Part shown: positions 38,201-49,978 of the stretch, piece after piece
Numbering within the stretch: position 1 is the stretch's first letter
Layout of the letters: each line of letters opens with the position of its first letter
Assembly (NCBI GenBank): GCA_039096225.1
Contig: JBBPEB010000023.1
Location: forward strand, 124,001-188,000
Origin: Blastocystis sp. Blastoise
Taxonomy: Eukaryota > Protista > Bigyra: Opalinata
DNA length: 64,000 bases
Direction of reading: 5' to 3'
Notes under the pieces: model-generated
Databases searched by the model: none
What the model was told of the DNA's origin: nothing
Seen by the model: only the letters and a program-made list of their open reading frames with translations
Translations under genes and position numbers: made by a program

Positions 38201-39308
38201 AATGAGAACATTTTAAATATAATTGAGCATAAGGATTTGTTATAGATATATAATTTATTGAAGAATCAATAAAGGTCATACGATATAATGAGCAAGCAAG
38301 AGTAATATCATTGATTTTTGTACTCATTTCCGTATAATCATTGACTAAATTTGCATTATATAATGATAATATAGATATTATCTTCTTATGTATATTGATT
38401 TCACTATATACATTAATTTCTTCATCTTCTTGATTCTTATTTTCTTCATTAGACTTTATTTGAATAGATGAAACAGATGGTAAAGGAGATAAACAAAATA
38501 AATCTTTTTTTAATTCAAATACTAATTTAGTATCTACTTGTTTATTTTCTAATTGAGTATTACGTTTATTTATTTGATCATTTTTCTCTTTTATTATAGA
38601 TAATTCTTTACTTATTAATGCATATTCTCTTTTTAATATTTCATTTTCTTCTTTAACTGCATTATTTTCTTCTTCTAATATAATTTTATCATTAATTAAA
38701 CTTTCATTTTGTTTTTGGATTTCATCACGATTTTGACAAGAAATATACTTATTCATTGATTTCATTGAACTATCAATAGATTGCATTGTAACTTCTTCAT
38801 TACTTTGCTTACTTAATAATATACTTAACATCGATTCTATTGATTTCAAAGAATCAGTTTGAGATGATTTTTCAGGAATAATTGATACTGGAATAGGATC
38901 ATTAACGACTGATGATGAAAAAGGAGATCGAATTGTAGAATTATCATCTTGATCCGTAGATATACTAGTTCCTTCTTTCTTTTCTTGCTTTTGATGAAGA
39001 TAATCAGTAAAAGAATCAGGAAGAGGAAGACCTAATTGTTGAAATGTAGTTTGAAATACATTTAAACCATATTTTATTATTGGATCCATTTCAATAACAT
39101 GATTTAACATGATCTCTATACATGTAGATATATAAATAGTGTCTAATGGAACTAATATTATTTCATTTTCACTCTTTTCGGATTTCTCCCATAAAGAATA
39201 TAAGAGACACTCTGGATATCGCTTCAATATCTCTAACGGTATACTACAGATACGTTCATCATCTGGATTTTTAAATTGAACTTGATTGTTTGCTAAAGAC
39301 TCTGACAT
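35205..39308 (-). CDS. 1367-aa intronless hypothetical protein with BTB-like N-terminus and coiled coils
   Basis: 4.1-kb open frame in ~80% AT DNA. N-terminal VQFKNPDDERICSIPLEILKRYPECLLYSLW is BTB-like. Confidence 0.75.
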   Translation of the reverse strand: MSESLANNQVQFKNPDDERICSIPLEILKRYPECLLYSLWEKSEKSENEIILVPLDTIYISTCIEIMLNHVIEMDPIIKYGLNVFQTTFQQLGLPLPDSFTDYLHQKQEKKEGTSISTDQDDNSTIRSPFSSSVVNDPIPVSIIPEKSSQTDSLKSIESMLSILLSKQSNEEVTMQSIDSSMKSMNKYISCQNRDEIQKQNESLINDKIILEEENNAVKEENEILKREYALISKELSIIKEKNDQINKRNTQLENKQVDTKLVFELKKDLFCLSPLPSVSSIQIKSNEENKNQEDEEINVYSEINIHKKIISILSLYNANLVNDYTEMSTKINDITLACSLYRMTFIDSSINYISITNPYAQLYLKCSHFIVFSEKVLEDKYSLFSSIFSFYSIFNEFNIDIKQLLKQSSSISLLFPYLKTYINEQMCYFASRFSIDTTLLSIIKNYDLYINIIHDTKDEIYKSILELHKYNLFPSSISDLLNQDVSNISIVYTMLFPPSLSMGNLNYNTMLYSLFIKINNQIELTSDELKQCCFLKDIYTSIEPLIPGSIYKKSNLLYEYEIRINTTLSDVQSFILLLPLPQHDIISLLCPFKRIDIYRIIYNLFEVLLKNKDQKEWLLKHMERIQSLSDIPNIIDIILKEEFDAQVTMMNNKLIDKTKYRDSIALKNNEYIQKIRVMNATITKQANEIIEKNKQILLENQLLQNIHSITQIESLYYHDSFNNIIDDLLIPSFRLSEEELYHCFSILQNHQYPLSNNETIGNYFKIAYVYIPNTVTQPDIQICSPNMDPTIVSINHNKCTLISMLSMNLTSSIPPYLYKYYGDYCLYVIILPFSTYTITVDGPSDSKIEYYYYNYRCTYSLQDLYKYKNTSNSIDDILTIVCFQLMFSFCRTYKYKYIVNKTKMTKSMLTQIYNQQSTPLNKERQNIQESFKNEGIALYIYPKKRLLLGDEYVFSIYMPSLDDFSYIRINRNNLTDEKLQEEMAKKLSVYSTCSTSLNDLITVSNEDPSIAIITKAIPEITCMIEYQNLINEYKNCQMDLIKQNKHLEECNRYANLFPIPSYVKPRIFLPKLDHIPYPNKYIQYILKDCVVILGETRETILLPKDTLFQLPDFIIDYHLPQINIPIINPYQYPISIQYGDSTIQLTSESIQLALEDNFYLKKSVEKVITLITKKCKIDIHFKFNVISNKDILYTSSPCAYTLNNLICCSSTDVLNIYYMNQIYQYNKINMNMNSMFFLNKYRIQFDTTITPQGQFFLDQKNSLTSFVNNVYMNNIECHQSTFIDKDSFINDLLSNDLEKYIQTFNLIPIYLCFSNDNQQLVDRIYQYLIDPSIYQRYIPEIQKKIISIQKLVENPYSLQWKLKYNA

Positions 39309-39783
39309 TGTAGTCTATAATAACTATTGCAACATAAAAAATTTAATAAACGTGTGATATACTTTATAAAATACTCAGATTACTTGATAACAAAGCAGAG
39401 ATTACAAATTCCATTTCAAAATGAAATTTCTAAAAAAGAGTTATTGTAACAATTTTTTTAAATTTATAGAGAAGATTCGAGTTTATTCGTAATTATTTTA
39501 ATAAAATAAAATTTTTATTCTATTTAACCTAGTAAAGTAATATTGAGTCAGAAATAGTTTTAATTGCTTTGAAATATAAAAAATCGTTTTATTAAAGAAT
39601 ATAAATATGATAAAAATGTTTCCATAGTTTATAATTATTTATTTATTAATCAATCTTAACGTGAATTCATTTTATCATGATCGTTAAGATTTCTTATAGT
39701 ATTTAGGTTCATGTAGAGTATAAAAAATAGAAAACAACATGATAAACTGGATTTAAAAAATAGTTTAAAAATAATAATAAAAA

Positions 39784-39856
39784 TGACTCCGCCGAGGATT
39801 GAACTCGGGATCTCTCGCGTGTCAGGCGAGCGTGTTTGCCACTGCACTACGGAGTC
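39784..39856 (-). tRNA. tRNA-Val, anticodon GAC
   Basis: Cloverleaf GACTCCG-TA-GTGCAGTGGCAAACAC-G-CTCGC-CT[GAC]AC-GCGAG-AGATC-CCGAG-TTCAATC-CTCGG-CGGAGTC-A (73 nt), followed by a TTTTT Pol III terminator. Confidence 0.95.
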
Positions 39857-40036
39857 TACTGGAATTTTTTGAAAATTATGTATAATTAACAAACTTATAA
39901 ACAAATTTTATTAATAAAATTCTTTTATTTTATGGTCAAATAAACAAAACAATATACATAATAGATTTAAGATTATTGATTATGAAGAAACAGAATGGAT
40001 GATATAAATATTTATGAATTTAAGAGAAGAATTCCA

Positions 40037-43007
40037 TTACCAATCAGAAAAATTGGATAATTTATATTGAGTTGGTTTGGATACTTTTTTAGGTTCTGTA
40101 TAATTATTGGTTTCTAAAAATTTATCAAGATCTTCTTGAGTTGTTGTATTCTTCTTAGCAATATAAGCACCAATAATAGGTTTTTTAAGTTGTTTGGTAG
40201 GAATAGTATTATTATTTACATCAGAAGTAGATCGTTTGATTGGTTGCGTAGAAATAGTATTCTTTGAAGTAGAAGAACTAATAGGATTTGGAGTAATAAT
40301 AGAATCTATTGTTTTTTGTTTTTCAAGTATAGTTCTTTTTTTCTTCATTTCATCGAATTTCTTTTTCTTTTCAATTTCCATTTCTTCAATTTTTTTATTT
40401 TCTTCTTCAATTTCTTGTTTCATTTCATTCTCAACTTCTTCAAATGGATTCTGAATTACTATTGTTTTCTTTATTATAATATCTCTTATAGGCTTATCTT
40501 TTGAATTTGTTGGTACTTTCTCCATTTCTGTTAAATATTGTAACCCACCAACTACTCTATATATGTTATTATGTTTATTATTATTATTATTATTATTATA
40601 TTAAATGTTATTTAAATAGATAGAAAAACATAACGAATAATAGTTATAAAGATTTCATAATAAATGTATTTTATATATTTATAATTTATTATATATATAT
40701 ATATTATAAATTTTTCATTCTCATGTTTAATAATAATGATATATATATATATATATACCTTCCAAATACGCTATGTTTATTATCTAAATGTTGACAACTT
40801 TTATAAGTAATAAAGAATTGACTTTTATTTGTATCTTTCCCGCTATTTGCCATTGAAAGAACACCTTTCCCGGTATGTTGAAGCGTGGGAAAGAATTCAT
40901 CAGCAAAAGAACCGCCAAAAATACTATCACCACCAGTTCCTGTTCCTATATATATATATATATTAAATATATTTTTGGTTAATATATATTATTTTTTAAT
41001 AATAATTATATTTAGGATTCTTTATAATAATTTAAAATGTGAATAGTATAATTATTATATTATTATTATTATTGAAGTTAATTTTATAATAATAATAGTA
41101 ATAATAATAATAATAATAATATATATATATATACCTGTAGGATCTCCTCCTTGAATCATGAAATTCTTGATACTTCTGTGAAATATAGTATTATCATAAT
41201 AACCCTTAATACATAAAGACAGGAAATTATAACTTGTTCGAGGAACCAAATCGCAATGAATCTATTATATAGTATATAATATAATATAATATAATATAAT
41301 ATAATATAATATATAATATTATTTAAAACAATAAAAATATAAATAATAAAATATAATATATAGAAAATATTACAAAGAATAATAAAAAGAATTTATAAAA
41401 TACTTCACAATTTAAAGTTCCCATATTCGTGGTTATTTGTACATATCCTTTTTTCCCTAATTTCCTTGCTTTCTTCCATTTCATAGCATAGATCTCTTCA
41501 TCTGTTGCGACTTCATATTCATTATTCATACTCTATATATATATAATTTTCATATATATATATTATATATATATATAAATTTAATTACATAAATAAAGAT
41601 CCATAAAAAATAGTGAAGAATAAAAAAAGTTAAAAATAAAAAAAAAAAATAAAACATAAAATTAAAATATAAAATAATAATACTTATTAACAATATAATA
41701 TATACAGCAGTCACAGCAGAAGACGTAAATCCCGCGGTAAAGTTTTTGGTTGTAAATTGTGATTTTGGTCTAGACATAGCATATTGTTTTTTCTTTTCTT
41801 CTTCTTCTTTCTTTTTACGCTCTGATTCTATTCTCATCTACAGAAGTTATTGAGAATTTAGCATATTAATAAAAAAATAAGAATTTATTAGGATAATAAT
41901 TTAAAATATATATTTATTATATTTATATATAAAAATATTCATCTAAAAATAAATGAATAAAATAACAAATATATAGAATTACTTTATCAATCATATCTTT
42001 CATGGATGGATCTAATCGTACGGATGACGTCGGTGTCGAATCTTGTTCCTCAACCACGTGATAGAAACAATTTATTTTACGACTTGTCGGATTTCGAGGG
42101 TCTTGAAGATAAATTATTTACGGGAAAATGAAGGAAAATAATAATTTATACAAGAAAAAAGAAATATATATAAATATCTATTATATATTATTATTAGTAT
42201 AATGAAAAAATAAAATAGAAAAACAATAATAATAAATCAACTATTTTATGAATAATAATTATATATAGATATATCTTCTCGTTTAAAAGGTTCTCCTGTC
42301 ATTAAATCTGTCCAGTTTTTGGCGGCAATATTCAATTCCTTAATAGCCTCATAGCTATATACATTACCTATATAGTGTAATCAATAATTATAGATTTACA
42401 AATAACTCTAGTATCATTATATATACCGAATCAATAAAATCATTATAATAGATAGTTAAAAAAATCATTAAAAAATTCAATAATATAATTAAAAAAATAA
42501 AAAAATCAATAATATAATAAAAAAAAAATAAAAAAATCAATAATATAATTAAAAAAAGATTAAAAAAAACAATAATAAAAAAAAAATTAAAAAACAATTT
42601 GTATACCTGAAGTACGAATAGCAACAATAGTCGTATTACTATTGAATACTTTGTAAGTTACAGGACAATGATATTTATTCTCTGAATTCTTAAACCAATG
42701 TAAAGGAATCAAATCCTTTTGAGAAAGAGGCTTTCCTATTGTTTTTATAAAAAAATACATATAAATTAAGTAATTTACCAGTACAAGGATTCAATTTATG
42801 CTTCTTTAAATAAGGAAGGATATTTTTTGGATCAAAAATATAACCATCAGGTGTACAAACAGATTCAACAAAAGGTCGAAAAGACAAACAACAACAGTCA
42901 AATGGCAATATATCATTTACATCCTCTGAGCGATTTGTTCCAGCGATCTCTTGAACTTCAAGTCGAGTCAAGAAAAGTTTATCTTTTTGATGTTGTTTCT
43001 TACCCAT
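40037..43007 (-). CDS. PPIL2: PPIL2/Cyp60 U-box cyclophilin
   Basis: [78 protein letters not shown] and [10 protein letters not shown]. Confidence 0.92.
42118..42272 (-). other. U12-like AT-AA intron, 155 nt, in PPIL2
   Basis: 5' end ATATCTAT. Branch-like TTTTCCTTCAT lies 11 nt before a CCGTAA 3' end. Removal restores FKRED|IIYLQDP, and in-frame stops flank both sides with no usable GT/AG. Confidence 0.8.
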
Positions 43008-43518
43008 TAATAGATATACTAAGAAATAATATTTTTAAATATTTCTTTTTTTCTTAAGTTATTCAGAAATTTTAACCATATTTTTTCAAATAAACAGAAA
43101 TAAATAGAAAATATTGTATTCTTGAATATTGTGAGAAATAGATACATTCGAATAGATTGAATAATGAATTTTAATTGTAAATAAGTTGATAAATGTGTGA
43201 TATAAGAATTTGTTCTATATATGAAGTAATGGAGTTGAACATATTTTTTATATCCGGGTTTTTAATATATATATATGTTCATATAAGTCGTAAAAGATTG
43301 GAAAGACAGGACTAAAAAGGTTTCTTTGCTGATAATGAAAGTTATTTTTGTTTTTTTAATGAAATGAATCATTTTAAAACTTAATATAGGATAGAATAGC
43401 TTATAGAGTATAAGACAATATTAACAAAACATTTAAAGTAATTATTGATATGAAAATAAGAAAATAAAATGAAATTAAACGCAAATAAATGTGAAATCAT
43501 AATAGTGAAATATTTATT

Positions 43519-44167
43519 TTATTTGCAAGCATCCTCATATCGAGAAAGCATCTATATATATATGTTTATTATATATATAATAAAAAATAAATATATATAT
43601 ATATATATATTTACTATATAAAATAATATATATACAGCATCTCTTAGTTGACTTTTATAGGTACTATCATGACTAGCCATATTCCCACGGGAATTATTCC
43701 CGCCAAAACCTAATCCTTTCCCACCAGATATTGAATTTTGTAATGCAGGAGAGTCTTCTATATATATAATGATTATATAAGTTTATTATAGGATTACATA
43801 TGATTATGTTTATTATGTTTATTATATATATGTATATACCAAGAGTTCCATTCCATCCCATAGATTTTAGCATTTGTGCACCTATATATATATATATTTA
43901 ATTAATTATATTACTAACTAAAAGTATATATATATATATACCAATAGTATTTTCAAGTTGAGGTGGCTTAGAAACAGATGCTTCAGATGTAGAATAATCA
44001 CGGGAATCCGTTTCATCATTTCCCGTGGGAATCACAGAATTCACAATAGCTTCTTCACGACGTCTTTCTTCAGCTCTATTACGATACTATATATATACAT
44101 GTATATATATGTATACATATATATACAATTGCTGATCCATATTTTTTATTATATTCTTCCATTGATG

Positions 44168-44218
<51 letters not shown>

Positions 44219-44345
44219 GTATATATACTATATGTAATTTAGATTGTTCAATATGTTTCTGTAATTGATCTAAAACAGTAAACTGACGTTTACATACAAA
44301 GCATGCATATTTTCCGGATGCAGTCATACCAGTAATGGGAGGAGG

Positions 44346-44381
<36 letters not shown>

Positions 44382-44492
44382 TATTGGATTCTTCTTTAAC
44401 AACAACTTTTTCTATATATATAATAATAATAATAATATATATATATATACTTTCTGGTTCTGGTTTTGATTCTTTCTTTGGACGCGACTATA

Positions 44493-44564
<72 letters not shown>

Positions 44565-45428
44565 TCCAAAAGTTTTCACTTTAATTTCAATAATTTGACC
44601 TGGAACAAGAGCAGGAACAGTTTCTTCTTCTTTTATATCATGGTTATCATTTCCCGTGGGAATCGACAGTTTATTTAATTGTATATTTAATGTAGGCACA
44701 AGAGGTTTAGATTCCGTTTTCCCCGTGGGAATTGAGAGAGATACAGATTGCATTGCTGTTTGTGGTTTAGGTGAAATAGTCGTGGGAATTTGTGTATTAT
44801 TATTTATATTAATATCTGTATTATTATTATTCGAAGTAGAATCTGTAGTAGTTGAGGTAGCACCTATATATATATAATATAATATACTAGAATATATATA
44901 TTATATAATATATATATTCTATTATATAATATCTATATAATATAATATATATATACTTTGAGTAGTATTAATAGTAGGTGTATATATAGTAGTAGGAGGA
45001 GAAGGAGTATAGAGATCAAATGTTGATGTAGAAGAAGAAAAAGAATAATAATTACCACTAATGCTATCTAAATATAATTTTCTATTAAATAAATAATAGA
45101 ATTGTGACGTTGACTCGTAATAATAACCACTACTTGCATCAAATATATAATCGCTTCCATTAGTTTCAAAATTTGATGGCCATTTACGTTCATTAGGATT
45201 CGATGTATTTGTATCCCCGCGGTTATTTGGATTTGTAATAGTTCTATTCTTTAAATCTTCTTGTATTTGAGTAGAAGATATATAATTCATTGCTGTAGGC
45301 ATATATGCATAATTGGAAGGTATAGGAAGGGATTGAGGAATATATCTATATTATAATTATATATATATATATATATATATATGTTGATCGTTCATTACTA
45401 GTATTATAACTCTCCCTATAAAATATAG

Positions 45429-45471
<43 letters not shown>

Positions 45472-45513
45472 ACAGCTTGTTCATTTGCATATCCAATTTT
45501 TATTTCATAACCA

Positions 45514-45573
<60 letters not shown>

Positions 45574-46394
45574 AATTTTAAGATTATTTTTATCACGAAA
45601 ACTGATCACGTGCATGGCTGCGTCACGACTTTCTAAATCTGCTATGCAATATCCCCGTGGGAATCCATTCGAATCTTTATATATATGAATACGTGTATAT
45701 TTACAGTAATTTGATATCATTTCAGAAACCTATAAATAAATATAAATTAATAAACATATATACATATATATATATATACTTGTTCTTGTGTAACATCCGA
45801 TCCAATTCCCGCGATTAAAAGATGATTGGAAGGAGTCACTGAGAAATCGAATATATACCGTTCTATATCTTTCGATAAACTAGATCTTGGCGCTTTGCAC
45901 GTGAAACATTCCGAACGGCGACTAAAATTAAGCGCGTTGCATTATATATATATATATATATATTATTATTATTATTATTATCAATATTGTATTCTACTTA
46001 TTATATTTATTATTATCATTATATTTATTATTATACTTATCATTATTATTATTATGATTATTATCAATATTGTATTTTACTTATTATATTTATTATTATT
46101 ATTATCATTATTATTATACTTATCATTATTATTATTATTATTATTATTATCAATATTGTATTTTACTTATTATATTTATTATGATTATTATCAATATTGT
46201 ATTTTACTTATTATATTTATTATGATTATTATGATTATTATTATTATACTTATATTTATATAAATATACTTGTTGGCACACCCAGTCACCATTTTTCCCG
46301 CTTCCTTTTCGCGCGTTATCAGTATATTCCAACGTGACTTCCCATCCTCCTAATAAGAACGTACGGTTACCCATACCAATGTCACTACTATTAG

Positions 46395-46444
<50 letters not shown>

Positions 46445-46630
46445 ATTCCCTATAATAAATGAATATTAATATATATATATATATAGATACAATATAATTG
46501 TAAAAATGTAGTAGCATCTTCGACAGTAGGGAAATCAACGAATGCGAATCCTTTTGATTTCCCATCTACCTATATATATATATATAATAATAATAATCAT
46601 AATAATCATAATAATCATAATAATCATGAT

Positions 46631-46693
<63 letters not shown>

Positions 46694-47333
46694 ATCACTC
46701 ATAAGTCTACACCCAATAGCATGATATTCTTCAACAGCATTCCATATCTATATATATATAATAATATAAATAACTAAAATAATAACTCTATACCATAGCT
46801 TCTGTAACTGTATATTTCAGTCCTCTTAAAGCGACTGAATTTGAGGGTGGATTCTGTTTGGGTGTCGGTCGTCGTGGTTTACGTTCTCTGGACCGATTCT
46901 CACGGGAATAAGCAGATGAACCTATTAAGATGGAATAAAAAACATAGGAATAATAAATTCGCAGAAGATATAGGGTAGTTGATAGTCCAAAGAAGAGTCC
47001 ACAAAAAATGTACTTTTATCTTCATTTGAATAATCATTACGACTTCGTTTGGAATGATAATAATCGTCATCATCATAAGAATCTCTTCGATCACGTCTTG
47101 AGTAATGATCATCATAATCACGATCATAATCTCTTTTATCATCGTAGCTTTATATAGAAAAAAAAAGTATAGAAATATATGAGTATCAAGAAAATGACAT
47201 CAAACCTTTTATAACGATCATTATTATGATAGGAACGACTTGAATCATAACTTCTATGATCATCACGACTTCTAGATCGGTCGTATCCTCGCGAATGACT
47301 AGAACGACTGGAAGAATAATAATCTCTATCCAT
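43519..47333 (-). CDS. RBM5: RBM5/RBM10/SUA-like splicing factor (RRM, RanBP2 ZnF, RRM, OCRE, C2H2, G-patch)
   Basis: SKGFAFVDF; DWVCQQCNALNFSRRSECFTC; YIFDASSGYYYESTSQFYY (OCRE); CFVCKRQF..HIEQSKLH; YRNRAEERR; IGAQMLKSMGWNG. About 19 exons. Confidence 0.88.
45942..46269 (-). other. Non-canonical GT-AA intron splitting the RanBP2 zinc finger; contains an internal minisatellite
   Basis: CAA|GTATAT...TATATATAA|TGC. The zinc-finger spacing fixes the junction. Confidence 0.75.
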
Positions 47334-47549
47334 TTCAAAATAGTATGTTTAAAGAAACAAATTGTTTTGTTGAATCCTTTTCGTTTTCTTTTTTTTTATT
47401 TATAAAAATTATGATATTCCCATAAATATATATTGTTTATCCTGTATAATTTGATAAAAATCGTTTTTTTTTAATTTTTGTCTAAAACATGTTGATTTCA
47501 ACTGAAATCACAATTAGAGGAATTCTTTATTTTTTGAGTTATTGATTTC

Positions 47550-48563
47550 ATGAGTCGTTCTAGACATCATTCTTCAAGTCGACATTCTCCATCTAGATCT
47601 AGAAGACGATATAGACATCGATCTATATCTTCATCTTCATCTCGTAGTCGTTCTCGAAGTCCTTCTTATCGTTCTTATCATCGAAGAAATTATAGGTCAC
47701 TATCGTATGTTTTTTCAATATCTTTTGATCTTCTTCTTTTTGATTAATTTCTTGATTCTGCAATTCTAGTCGTCATTCAACTTCTAGAAGAGATATTTCT
47801 ATTCGTCATCGATCTATTTCGAAACCTAAAGAAGTGTATATCTTGTCTAATATATATATATATATTAAATCATAAAGTAAATAATTGAAAGAAATAATAA
47901 TCTAGCTAATCAACCTTCCTGAAATACATTGTACTAACTGTTTTTCATATCTACATCTACTATAGTGTTATCATTATTCTATATGTAATTTCACTTTAAT
48001 ACTCTATTTATATGTGTATTTTTTCTTTCTTTCATTTTTTTTTTTTAATTATTATTTAATAAACTATTTGTAATTATATTCTATAGTGAACCTAAAGTTA
48101 TTATTGAAAGAGTAAGTAAAACTGTTCAAACACCTATCGAATTCACAAAATCAATTGCACCCATTGTTGAAATAAAGTGTTTATTATATTATTTTATTAT
48201 TCTATTTATATATTTTTTTTTTTGTTTATCTATTTATTTTATTATTCTATTATTCTATTATTTTTTTTATTTATTTTATTATTATATTATTTTATTATTC
48301 TATTTATTATATATATATAAAGTGATTTGAATTTACAACATATAAAAGATAATGAAATAAGAAAACGAACTGAAGAAGAAATTGATAAAATAGTTAAAGA
48401 AAAAGTATATATATATTCTTTCTTTTTTTTATATATTTTCTGTTTTTAAATTTACTTATTCATTGAATATATATATATAGGTCAATGATTATTTAATATC
48501 ATTAGAATTCCGTGAGAAAGTTGAAGAACTTCGTAAAAGAGAATTTGGTAAAATGGAAGAAAA

Positions 48564-48605
<42 letters not shown>

Positions 48606-48965
48606 AATATTATATATTGGGTTTTGTTTAATAATAATATAACATTTTATAAAATAAATAGAATCATTGAGGAAGCTCGTAAGCGATTGGCTGAACGAAT
48701 TCTTGAAGATAAAAAGAGGGAAGAACAAGAACATGAAGAAGAAGAAAATCGTCGAAAATTATTAATTATACGTAGACAAAAAATAGAAGAAGAAAAACTA
48801 CAAAAAGAAGTCGAAGAAAATAAGTATAGCTTTATTATTCTTTTTATATATATATTTTTTTTTTATTATATATGTATTTATTTGTTTTTTTTTATATATT
48901 TATTTATTATATATGTATATATATTTATTTATTATATATATATATTTATTTATTTCTTTATTTAT

Positions 48966-48996
<31 letters not shown>

Positions 48997-49205
48997 AAAA
49001 ACGTCAGGATAGGTTTTTAGAGTTAAAACGAAAAGAAGAAGAACGATTAGAACAGGAATCATTACAAGTAAATATATATATATATATTATTATTATTATT
49101 ATATAAAAACTCTATCTATAGAATCAGAATCAAATAAATCATGCGAATGAACCAACGAAGAAACTCACAAAACGGGAACGAATCATTTTTTCACTTGGAA
49201 AATAA
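47550..49205 (+). CDS. ARGLU1-like RS + Glu/Arg-rich protein
   Basis: RS-rich N-terminus, IIEEARKRLAERILE and EEEENRRK, C-terminal RERIIFSLGK*. About 8 exons; head-to-head with the RBM5-like gene. Confidence 0.6.
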
Positions 49206-49978
49206 TACACTTATTCTATGAACAAACTTTCTTATTTTAATTTCTATATATATATATTAGCTTGTGTTATTTTTATTTCTATATAACCTATTCTATTCGC
49301 AAATCAATAAAATAAAAAAAAAAGATAATTAATTCTAAATAAAATTTTTTTTTTTAAAAATACAATTTTTTATTTACTTTATTTTATTCAAAAAAAAGAT
49401 AGAAAAATAATTTTTATATTCATTTTAAATCGTATAATTATTAAACAACCGTTTCAATAAAACTACATACATATTAATTTCACAATGACACATATCTTTT
49501 AGAAAAACAAGAAAATGATTCATATTTCAATAAATACCACTCGTCTCCTATTGCTTCCCTATATTAAAGACTAATTTCTAAAGCAAAATAAAAAATATAT
49601 CTTTTTCTAACAACATAAATCTAATTAATGAGGGACTAAAATAATATTGAATTATTTCAAAAATCGATTTACAACATTAATACTAAAAAACACGCTAATT
49701 TTATTAAATGAATGACAATTATCATCTCTGATAAAGATACTTTTTTCTCATACAAAATCATCAAGCAAATTACTGCAATTTTCTCTTCTATAGAAATTCA
49801 TATTACAAGTCTACACACACAAAAAAAACAATATATATAAAAATAATGCATACTCCAAAGAATAGAAACCGAACTTGTCTTTGCCATCCAATAAAAAACA
49901 ATAATAATCATGATTATTAAAAAAAGGAGTGACTGGAAAAAAATAAATTATAATTTTTCTATTCTATAAATAAAGAAT

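Noticed and set aside
39656-39904. 82-aa ORF
   Set aside because: It overlaps the tRNA-Val gene and is incidental.
46395-46490. GTATCTAT donor in the RBM5-like gene as a U12 GT-AG intron
   Set aside because: There is no U12 branch sequence near the acceptor; it fits the ordinary TA-type intron.
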